From Nitrospirota bacterium (GTDB lineage: Bacteria > Nitrospirota > Thermodesulfovibrionia > Thermodesulfovibrionales > JdFR-86), in contig CAVRJY010000001.1 of the NCBI GenBank assembly GCA_963721805.1, forward strand, positions 416,001 through 480,000: a stretch of DNA of 64,000 nucleotides. Reading direction: 5' to 3'. Both the position numbers and the translations under genes were made by a program. The notes beneath the pieces are model-generated. The model was not told the DNA's origin and searched no databases. It saw nothing but the letters and a program-made list of their open reading frames with translations. Below are positions 48,875-57,038 of this stretch, in pieces; position 1 is the stretch's first letter, and each line of letters opens with the position of its first letter.

Positions 48875-49114
48875 ATGCTTATGGGTTTTGCGACTTTTTT
48901 TGGCTATGGTACATACATGCCAGCAGCGCTTGTTAATCTTCCATATACTTGGCAATACGTGATGTTTTGCTTATCAGGCATGATACCCGGGTTGATTTGC
49001 ATGATTAAACCAAAGACAGTTTGGTTTGTGATAACACTTCCTTTTACAATTTTTATAGTCGCACTCGACATCAGGGTTGGGATTTATGCGATAAGTGAAT
49101 ATTTGCACCGTTGA
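48875..49114 (+). CDS. AT-rich small hydrophobic hypothetical protein
   Basis: GAGGA SD; hydrophobic; lies between motif P2 and R10. Confidence 0.5.
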   Translation: MLMGFATFFGYGTYMPAALVNLPYTWQYVMFCLSGMIPGLICMIKPKTVWFVITLPFTIFIVALDIRVGIYAISEYLHR

Positions 49115-49174
49115 TTTATCACGTGTAACATTGCCATCAAGTATCAAAAATTAGAAAAAGCGACTGAAGATTAT

Positions 49175-49343
49175 CTAATCATGCCGTTGACCGTTCGCAC
49201 GATTAGACAGAAGTTAAACTAAAGCGCGATAAAGCGCGTCAGACAAGGAAGGGCGAGAAAACCGCCCGACGGTGTACTTGGGCGTACTCCGAGGGCGCGT
49301 CTTTGAAGCCATGACGCAGTATCACGCGACTTTAGCGCGCTTT
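49175..49343 (+). repeat. Long-hairpin repeat copy R10 (A/B mosaic)
   Basis: CTAATCATGCCGTTGACC head; B-type outer arms with A-type inner arms. Confidence 0.9.
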
Positions 49344-49351
49344 AAAAAAGC

Positions 49352-49927
49352 CTACGAATTCAGCTTCTTCAAGACCCACGCGAAATTGTCGCCCAGATTG
49401 CGCATCGTTTCGATGCCTTCCGTGTCATTGGAGACCTCGCCGGGATTCCTGCCCACGCCGATGTTCCAGTACGACGAGCCCGGCATCACCATCTGAGCCT
49501 GCAGGAAGAAGAAGTTCATCGAACTAAGCACGGTCGTGGCACCGGCCCTGCGCTCCGCGCATATCGACGCGCCGACCTTGCCCTTGAACATCCAGTCGTT
49601 GGCGCGCGAGACCATCCCGGCCCGTTCGATTAACGCCTTCATACCGGCCGACATGTCCGCGAAGTAAGAGGGCGACCCTAGTATTATGCCGTCCGCGGAG
49701 AGCATCGCCTCTATGCACTCGTTTACGATGTCGCCCTTTACGGCGCAGCGTTTGTCCTTGTGCTCGAAGCACTTAAAACATCCTATGCAGCCGCCCGGAG
49801 CCCGGCCCGCGAGTTCCAGCAGTTCTGTCTCTATGCCATTGACGCTTAACCGCTCGAATACCGTGTTTATCATCGTCGCGGTGTTGCCGCCCTTGCGCGA
49901 GCTTCCGTTGATAGCTATAACCTTCAT
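49352..49927 (-). CDS. Iron-sulfur flavoprotein (flavodoxin-like)
   Basis: INGSSRKGGNT, CIGCFKC-X7-C, LGSPSYF; AAGGAGG SD. Confidence 0.92.
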   Translation of the reverse strand: MKVIAINGSSRKGGNTATMINTVFERLSVNGIETELLELAGRAPGGCIGCFKCFEHKDKRCAVKGDIVNECIEAMLSADGIILGSPSYFADMSAGMKALIERAGMVSRANDWMFKGKVGASICAERRAGATTVLSSMNFFFLQAQMVMPGSSYWNIGVGRNPGEVSNDTEGIETMRNLGDNFAWVLKKLNS

Positions 49928-49992
49928 GTATAGTCCTCCTTGGTAGGATTATTCTCGCACATTTTAAGGGATGATGCTACGGGGGCTTCAAA

Positions 49993-50169
49993 CTAATGCC
50001 GTTGACCTTGTGGGGCGCGGGGGGCGTCCTTCGGCCGTGCCCCCCGAAAGCGCGCCCAAATCGGCTTCAGACAAGGCAGGGCGAGAAGACCGCCCGATGG
50101 TGTACTGTGACGTACATGGAGGGCGAGTCTTTGAAGCCCAACGCAGTATCAAGCGATTTGGAGCGCTTT
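49993..50169 (+). repeat. Long-hairpin repeat copy R11 (subfamily A)
   Basis: Reverse complement of an R9-like sequence. Confidence 0.95.
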
Positions 50170-50220
50170 CAGAGAAGCCAACAAGCAGGTTTAAGTGAAA
50201 CTCGTGGTATACTAGTTGTT

Positions 50221-50472
50221 ATGGATTTCTACGCCCGACTGGCACTGATAGTGGCCCTGTTCTCGTTCGCGTTCATACTGAACGTGCCGATGGGCTATCT
50301 GAGGACGAAGACCCGCAAGCTCTCGCTCAACTGGTTCCTCTGCGTGCACGCCACGATACCGGTGATAATCGTCAGCCGCCTAAGGTCCGAGCTCGACCTG
50401 AGGTACATACCTGTCTTCATCCTAGCCGCCATCGTCGGACAGGTCTTCGGCGGCCGCATCGAGCTGATATAG
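50221..50472 (+). CDS. Small hypothetical membrane protein
   Basis: LNVPMGYLR..KLSLNWFLCVHATIPVII; TGgTATACT 7 nt before ATG 50221; the longer ORF-track start lies inside R11. Confidence 0.8.
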   Translation: MDFYARLALIVALFSFAFILNVPMGYLRTKTRKLSLNWFLCVHATIPVIIVSRLRSELDLRYIPVFILAAIVGQVFGGRIELI

Positions 50473-50475
50473 CCT

Positions 50476-51492
50476 ATGCGACAGTGCCTGCTGATGAAGC
50501 CCGGAAAGATCGAACTCACCGACATCCCCCTGCCTGCGCCCGCCGACGGAGAGCTTTTAATCAAGGTGCGCGCAGCCCTTACCTGCGGCACCGACCTGAA
50601 GGCATACCAGCGCGGACACCCGATCATCCCGATGCCCGGCCCGTTCGGCCACGAGTTCTCCGGGACGGTCGTGAAGAAGGGCCGCGGCGTGCGGAACTTC
50701 CGCGAGGGCGACGAGATCATGGCCGCGCACAGCGCGCCGTGCCTGAAGTGCCCGTACTGCAAGAAGCGCATCTACAACCTCTGCGAAAACATAATGAAGA
50801 CGAAGGTCATGGGCGCGTTCGCCGAATACGTCCTGCTGCCTGCGGCCATCGTCAAGCAAAACGTATTTCACAAGCCCTCGACGCTCGGGTTCGAGGAGGC
50901 CGCGCTGCTTGAGCCGGTCGCGTGCGTCGTGCACGGTATCTCGCCGCTCGGCATCCGCAAGGGCATGAGCGCGGTGATCGTGGGCGCGGGCCCGATAGGG
51001 CTCATCCACCTGATGCTGCTTAAGGCCGTGGGCGCGAAGGTCATCATCGCAGACCCGCACAAGGAGCGGCTCGCGATGGCCGTGGAGCTCGGCGCGGACG
51101 TCGCGTGCGATTCAAAGGGCATCGCCGAGGCGGTCAAGAAGCTCACCGGCGGCATAGGCGCGGACTACGCCTTTGAGTGCACCGGCAGGCCGGACGTCTG
51201 GCAGTCCGCGGTCGCGCATGTCAGGCGCGGCGGGACGCTAACCCTCTTCGGGGGCTGCCCCACAGGAACCTCCGTCACGTACGACGCGCACCGCCTGCAT
51301 TATGACGAGATCACGCTGCGCGGCGTGTTTCACTTCACCCCGGCCGACGTGCGGCGCGCGTTTAAGCTCCTCGCCAGCGGGCGGATGAAGACTTCCGCGC
51401 TGATCTCGGGCCGCTATCCCCTCAACGAACTCGGCAAGGCCTTTGACAAGCTCGCCAAGGGACAAGGCATCAAGTACGCGATAATTCCGTAA
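50476..51492 (+). CDS. Zn-dependent alcohol/polyol dehydrogenase
   Basis: CGTD, GHEFSG, CLKCPYC..C, GAGPIG. Confidence 0.93.
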   Translation: MRQCLLMKPGKIELTDIPLPAPADGELLIKVRAALTCGTDLKAYQRGHPIIPMPGPFGHEFSGTVVKKGRGVRNFREGDEIMAAHSAPCLKCPYCKKRIYNLCENIMKTKVMGAFAEYVLLPAAIVKQNVFHKPSTLGFEEAALLEPVACVVHGISPLGIRKGMSAVIVGAGPIGLIHLMLLKAVGAKVIIADPHKERLAMAVELGADVACDSKGIAEAVKKLTGGIGADYAFECTGRPDVWQSAVAHVRRGGTLTLFGGCPTGTSVTYDAHRLHYDEITLRGVFHFTPADVRRAFKLLASGRMKTSALISGRYPLNELGKAFDKLAKGQGIKYAIIP

Positions 51493-52516
51493 ATGAAGGT
51501 CGCCCGCCTCTACTCTTTCACTGACATCCGAATCGAAGAAATGCCGATACCCGTGCCCGGAGAAGGCGAGGCCCTCCTGCGCACGCGCGCCTCGGGGATA
51601 TGCTCGGGCGACGTCATGCCCTGGTACATCGAGCGGAAGGCCCCGCTAGTGCTCGGCCACGAGCCCTCGGGCGAGATCGTGCAAGTCGGCCCCGGAGTGA
51701 GCGCGTTTAAGCCCGGAGACCGAGTCGCGGTGCACCACCACGCCCCGTGCGGCAGCTGCCGCCACTGCCTTCGCGGCGATACCGTGCAGTGCCCCACATG
51801 GCGCGCTACGCGGATCGTCCCCGGCGGTATGGCCGAGTATATCCTTATCCCTGCGATCAACCTCGCTAACGACACCCTGAAGCTCCCCGACGGCGTGAGC
51901 TTCGAGGACGGCACGCTCGTAGAGCCTCTGGGGTGCGTGATGAAGTCCATCGGACGCTCGGGAGCGCACGGCCGGGGACACCGTGCTCGTGATCGGCCTT
52001 GGGGTGATGGGCATGCTGCACCTGCTCGCGTTTAAGGCCCTCGGAGCCGGGCGCATCATAGGTGCCGACATGGTGCCGTACCGGCTTGCCAAGGCGCTGC
52101 AGCTCGGGGCCACGGACGTGATCGACGCCTCGAAGATGCCGACTCCAGAGGCGCTCAGGGAGCTGACCTCGGGCCGGATGGCTGATATCGTGATAGTCGG
52201 GCCGAACAGCGCCGGTGCGCTCGAAGATGGATTGAGTTGCGCCGCGCCGGGCGGGACGGTCGTGATGTTCACCCCTGTCAGGCCGGGCGAGAAGATCACG
52301 CTCGACCCCAACGAGCTTTATTTCAGGGACGTAAGCCTCGTCACGTCATACTCGACCGGGCCGGCCGAGACGCGCGCCGCGCTAGGGCTGATAGAGCGCG
52401 GGGCTGTGCGCGCGGAGATGGTTGTCACGCACCGCTTTGCGCTTGAGCGGACGGCCGAGGCATACCGCATCACGGCCGTGGCCGGAGAATCGCTTAAGTG
52501 CCTCGTAATTTTTTAG
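51493..52516 (+). pseudogene. Second Zn-dependent dehydrogenase with one frameshift near 51965 (possibly a sequencing error)
   Basis: N-half (CSGD, GHE, CGSCRHC) and C-half (GDTVLVIGLGVMG) lie in different frames. Confidence 0.8.
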
Positions 52517-52950
52517 GTGATTTTCCCGCTGCGTTCTGATAGACTTAAATCCATCAGGTCCGTGATCTTCTGTCCTTGGGGGTAGTATATTTTGGAGATC
52601 GAGGGGTCGGCTACAGGTCTGCTTGAGATGTCTGCCCAGGCCACGGCTGCGTCCGCGCGCCGAGCCCGGCATCGATCCCCGCCGAGACCGGAGAGTTCCA
52701 GCGCGGCCGCACCACCAAAGACGGCGTAATCGACCTTACCAACCAGGACGGCGTCTGGGTCGAGGACGCGCAGGGACAGCCGGAGGGCACGACGTCGGCG
52801 CAGGGCAGACCCAGCAGCCTCGGGGCTGCGGCCAAGCAGCTGATCTACGACTGGCGCGGCAAGCCGGTCGAGATGAAAAAGACCTTCGCAGGCTCGCTCC
52901 TGAGCGTATACGCCTAGTCCCCCCTCGTTTGCCAGCCGGCGATAAACGCA

Positions 52951-53830
52951 TCACTTCGCGAGCCGCAGTCCCACCATCCCGGTTCTGTCGTCAGGGCTCA
53001 TCCACAGGCGGCTGGTCGTGCGCGCGTCTTTCGCGGGGCTGGCCCAGGAGCCGCCCCTGTAGAGGCGGTCAGTGCCCGATGAAGCGGGCCTCTGGGGTCA
53101 TACATGGTCGCCTTGGTGTAATAGCCGCGTTCGTACCAGTCCCACACCCATTCCGATACGTTGCCGGTCATGTCATACAGCCCCAGCCCGTTGGGTTTTT
53201 TCTGCCCGACCGGGTGCGTTGCGGACGAGGAGTTCTCCCAGTACCAGGCGAATGAGTCGATGTCCCCGTGTATGCCTGCCCCGGCGAATTTTTCCTTGTT
53301 GCCGCGGCCTCTGGCCGCGTATTCCCACTCCGCCTCGGTCGGGAGCCGATAGGCGTGTTGGGGCCGTTGCCGGTAGTGCGGTTGATCCTCCTGAGGAACT
53401 CCTGGGCGTCGTTGAAGCTTACGTTCTCCACCGGGCAGTCATCGCCGCAGTCGGAGAAGGCCGACGGGTTATCGCCCATCACCTCGCGCCACTGCCTCTG
53501 CGTCACCTCGTAGCGGCCGATCGAAAAATCCGAGACGCAGACCTTGTGGCTGGGCCTTTCGCTCTCGCGGCCTATGCCATAGACGTCGCCCATCTCGAAG
53601 CACCCGCCGCGGACGAACACCATCCCGCTGTAATAGGGGTCCGGCGGCCTGGTCTCGGTCGGGGCGAGGGCCGGGGAGTAGTCCTGGGGCTCGCTCAAGG
53701 GCTGGGGGTTGAGGACGCTCGATGGAGCGGTCTTGTGAGCGCCGCCGGACTCGGACTCGGCAAGAAGCTCAGGGGCGCAGAGGGCGAGGGAGGCCACGAT
53801 ACACAACACGATAAACGACAGCCTCCCCAT
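52951..53830 (-). pseudogene. Formylglycine-generating enzyme (SUMF1/FGE-sulfatase) domain protein with two frameshifts
   Basis: FEMG, YEVTQRQW, PVENVS; then RLPTEAEWEYAAR, NGLGLYDMTGNVSEW; then RGGSW...GLRLAK in shifted frames. Confidence 0.85.
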
Positions 53831-54032
53831 ATGTCTCCCGCATCCCCTCATGACCGGATTAATCATATCCATACGGGCAACCCTAATGCAAGGGGCGGGG
53901 CCCCCTGATGAAGTGCCGCCCGCTGCGCAATTGACGGAGAGCCTGCGCTGGACGTATGATGAGATCACTGTATATAAGCTCCGAGTCGATATCTCACTGG
54001 ACCTAGGCGACGCGCTCACATACCGGCCATAA

Positions 54033-55106
54033 ATGGACAAAGAATACTGGATAAGCCTCGACGGGCTGCGGGCCGTCGCCGTAATGATTGTTTTGGCGGG
54101 ACATGCCGAACTGTCGTTTCCGCGCAGCGGAGGGGTCGGCGTGGACGTCTTCTTCGTCCTGAGCGGATTCCTTATCACTTCGATCCTGAGCGCCGAGGCG
54201 CAACGGTTCGGGCGCATCGGGCTGAGGAACTTTTATATCAGGCGGGCCCTGCGCCTCATGCCGTGCCTGCTGCTGACCTGCGGATTGTTCGCCCTTTGGT
54301 CCGTTATTATCGAGGGGCATTTCCCGGGGCAGGAGCTGGCGTATTCGCTCACGTATACCTCGAATTGGGCCAGGGCGCTTTACGATGCCAAACTCTCGGG
54401 CCTCACGCACACCTGGTCGCTCTCGGCCGAGGAGCAGTATTACCTGCTCTGGCCATGGGTGATCGTCGGCCTGGAGCGGCTCTACAGCAGGCCGCTTGCG
54501 AAGGGGGCGGCTCTTTTGAGCCTGGCCGCCGCGCTTGCATTGTACCGCTACGGCATGGTCGGCACGTACAGCGCTCCGAGGATATATTTCGGCCTCGACA
54601 CGCACATGGACGGGCTCGTGCTGGGCTCCGCGCTCAGCTATGGCGTCAGGGCGCTCGGCGGCGAGGTCTCGGGGTCCGGCAGCAGGCTGTTGGGCCGGGT
54701 CCTCGCACCCGCCTCGGTCGCCACGCTGCTTGCCATCATCTATTCGATCACGTGGAGGAGCCCGTGGATGGGCAGGGTCGGGTATGCCTTGGCCGCGGGC
54801 GCTTCGGCCCTGATCATCCTGGACCTTGTCGCGGGCCGCCACAGCATAATAAAAAAGCCCCTCTCCCTTAAACCCCTGGTGTTCATCGGAAAGATCTCAT
54901 ACGGCATCTATCTGATCCACTTCCCCGTCTATCACGCGATCGAGCATTTAATGCCGGACGCGAGGCCCCTTATCGGCCTTCCGCTGAAGGCCTCGCTCAG
55001 CATCGCCGCGGCCTCGCTGTCATACTTCCTGCTGGAGAGGAGGTTTCTGAGCCTGAAGGGGAGGTTCCGGGCCGGCGGCCCGCAGAGCGTCAGCACCCCG
55101 GATTGA
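54033..55106 (+). CDS. Acyltransferase family 3 (OafA-like O-acyltransferase)
   Basis: LDGLRAVAV, GVDVFFVLSGFLIT, FYIRRALRL, HTWSLSAEEQYY. Confidence 0.93.
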   Translation: MDKEYWISLDGLRAVAVMIVLAGHAELSFPRSGGVGVDVFFVLSGFLITSILSAEAQRFGRIGLRNFYIRRALRLMPCLLLTCGLFALWSVIIEGHFPGQELAYSLTYTSNWARALYDAKLSGLTHTWSLSAEEQYYLLWPWVIVGLERLYSRPLAKGAALLSLAAALALYRYGMVGTYSAPRIYFGLDTHMDGLVLGSALSYGVRALGGEVSGSGSRLLGRVLAPASVATLLAIIYSITWRSPWMGRVGYALAAGASALIILDLVAGRHSIIKKPLSLKPLVFIGKISYGIYLIHFPVYHAIEHLMPDARPLIGLPLKASLSIAAASLSYFLLERRFLSLKGRFRAGGPQSVSTPD

Positions 55107-55520
55107 TCACTCCGCCTCGACCCTGGAGCGCATGGTTTTTTTCTCGGCGGTGCGGTGTTTGGCCTCGAGGACCTTCTCCTTGGCGCGCTTCGAGCGCTTG
55201 CGCTTCTGGCGGCGGAGCTTCTCGATCTTCTGCTGCTGCTCGGACGCCGCGCCGCGCAGGAGCGTGTCGAGCTTCTTTATCAGGATCTGGCGGGCGTGGT
55301 AGCGGTTCAGGGCCTGTGTGCGCGTGAGCTGGCACTTGACCTCGAGCCCGGTCGGGATGTGGCGCAACTGCACGCAGGTCGAGACCTTGTTGACGTTCTG
55401 GCCACCGTGGCCGCCGGAGCGTATGAAGGTCTCCTCGATGTCCTCGTCGCGGATGCCGAGTTCGGCCATGCGCGCAAGCAGCGCGGCCTCTTTCTCGGCG
55501 CTTACGGGGAACAGGCCCAT
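55107..55520 (-). CDS. Peptide release factor-like GGQ protein (ArfB-like)
   Basis: [17 protein letters not shown] and a long basic C-terminal tail. Confidence 0.88.
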   Translation of the reverse strand: MGLFPVSAEKEAALLARMAELGIRDEDIEETFIRSGGHGGQNVNKVSTCVQLRHIPTGLEVKCQLTRTQALNRYHARQILIKKLDTLLRGAASEQQQKIEKLRRQKRKRSKRAKEKVLEAKHRTAEKKTMRSRVEAE

Positions 55521-55523
55521 GAC

Positions 55524-56018
55524 CTAGAGCTTGTTTAGGGCGCGCTCGAGCATGCGCTGTTTCTTGGATGCCTTGTGCGGGTTGCCCTTGCGCGGGGAAT
55601 CGTAATCGTCATCGTCGCCGTCCTCCTCCGAGCCGCCCCCCGCCATAGCGGAGTGCATCCTGCGGTCGAACGTCTCGCTGTCTATCGCGACCGCGCCCTG
55701 GCCCCATGCGTGGGCCTGCACCTCGCGGTCCGAGGTGATGACTATCGGGGGCTCTCCGGCACGGGGGGCAGAGACGATGCGCTTGATGACCTCGTCCGCG
55801 CGCTCGCCAAGGGGTGAATAGATGATGACCACACCGCCCTTGACCTCGCGGTGCTCAGGGCCCATGCCTTCGCGCCAGCCGTCGAAGACGACCGTCACGT
55901 CGTGGCCCTTGAGCTTTCGGTACTCGATCAGTTCAGAGATCAGGCGTTCGCGCGCGGCCGCGATGTCGCGGTGCTGGGTGCCGATCAGGTTATAGCCGTC
56001 TATGAGTATAGACGCCAT
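55524..56018 (-). CDS. YacP/Rae1-like NYN domain protein
   Basis: ILIDGYNL, VVFDG, ADEVI, VITSDREV. Confidence 0.88.
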   Translation of the reverse strand: MASILIDGYNLIGTQHRDIAAARERLISELIEYRKLKGHDVTVVFDGWREGMGPEHREVKGGVVIIYSPLGERADEVIKRIVSAPRAGEPPIVITSDREVQAHAWGQGAVAIDSETFDRRMHSAMAGGGSEEDGDDDDYDSPRKGNPHKASKKQRMLERALNKL

Positions 56019-56030
56019 AGCTGCTGTGGG

Positions 56031-56642
56031 TTAGTCTTCTTGCGGTTCTGCGTCTTCGGATTCCGGCGGCTCGAAGTCTCCGGACATTTCCATCAGCATC
56101 TCGGCCGTGGTCTTTGAGTACCTGCCGCCACCGGCGCCGATGCGCATGCGGCATTCCATCTCGAGCTTCGCCATCTCGGGGTAGAACAGGCCGCGCTCCA
56201 GCCTGATGTCGGGCTCGGGGTGCAGGGCCGTAAAGCGCGCGCAGCCCTCGCCGAGCTGCTCGCCCTCTCTGGATGGGGCCTGAAACGGCATCCCGTGCAG
56301 GCGGCAGGTCATCGGACGGTGCTCGTAGAGCATGCAATCGCCGCCCTCGTTTACGGGGCACATCAGAGGCAGGAGTTCACCGGCCTCCAGTTCCTTCATG
56401 TACGCGCTGACGACCATGTTTGCGCGGCCGAAGATGCGCTCGCGGAGCTGGGGGTCGGCGTGGGTCATGCCCTCTTTGAGCATCATGTATTCGATGTGCG
56501 TGTAGTGGAAGAACCTCTGCACGCAGCAGTTATCCTTGCAGCCCTCGCAGCTGAAGCCGTAGTGGGCCGCAACCGCGTCGTAGGCCTTCTCCATCGCGTC
56601 GTACAGCCCGTGAGCCTTCTCTATCAGGTCCTCGTCAGCCAT
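56031..56642 (-). CDS. YkgJ-like CxxCxxxCC Zn/Fe-chelating protein
   Basis: CEGCKDNCC, CPVN..C.LYEHRPMTCR. Confidence 0.8.
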   Translation of the reverse strand: MADEDLIEKAHGLYDAMEKAYDAVAAHYGFSCEGCKDNCCVQRFFHYTHIEYMMLKEGMTHADPQLRERIFGRANMVVSAYMKELEAGELLPLMCPVNEGGDCMLYEHRPMTCRLHGMPFQAPSREGEQLGEGCARFTALHPEPDIRLERGLFYPEMAKLEMECRMRIGAGGGRYSKTTAEMLMEMSGDFEPPESEDAEPQED

Positions 56643-56645
56643 GTG

Positions 56646-57038
56646 TTACCTGCACCTTCCTGTGCGCCTGCCCTCGATGCGCTGGTTGATCCTGTCGGGC
56701 CTGGAATTAGCGTCCATCACGCTGAGCGTCATCTCGCCGTTTACGGCCTCGCCATCGTATACGAGCATGCCCTTGCTCTCGACCCCGTCACGGCACCGCT
56801 CGGCCCATCTGACCGTATCGCCCGAGACGACCTTGTACGTCACCGAGCACTTCGCGTCGTCGTCGATGCGGATGACGTCATGGCTGCACAGGCACTTTGA
56901 GACCTTAATCACGTGGCTGCCCGCGCCCTCGCCGGTCATCGTCATCGTAAGATCCCATATGCCGGAGCCTGCCGAGGCGGGGCCCGGGGCGGCCATGGCC
57001 GAAAACGAAAGCGCGGCTGCCAGGGCCAGGGTCTTCAC
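56646..57038 (-). CDS. Exported DUF3617-like protein
   Basis: Signal peptide, GIWDLTM, C-terminal GRRTGRC. Confidence 0.6.
   Translation of the reverse strand: MKTLALAAALSFSAMAAPGPASAGSGIWDLTMTMTGEGAGSHVIKVSKCLCSHDVIRIDDDAKCSVTYKVVSGDTVRWAERCRDGVESKGMLVYDGEAVNGEMTLSVMDANSRPDRINQRIEGRRTGRCR

Noticed and set aside
49175..49343. Long repeats as canonical integron attC sites
   Set aside because: The head reads CTAATC rather than RYYYAAC, the far end lacks GTTRRRY complementary to the head, and there is no intI in the window. Only the architectural analogy is kept.
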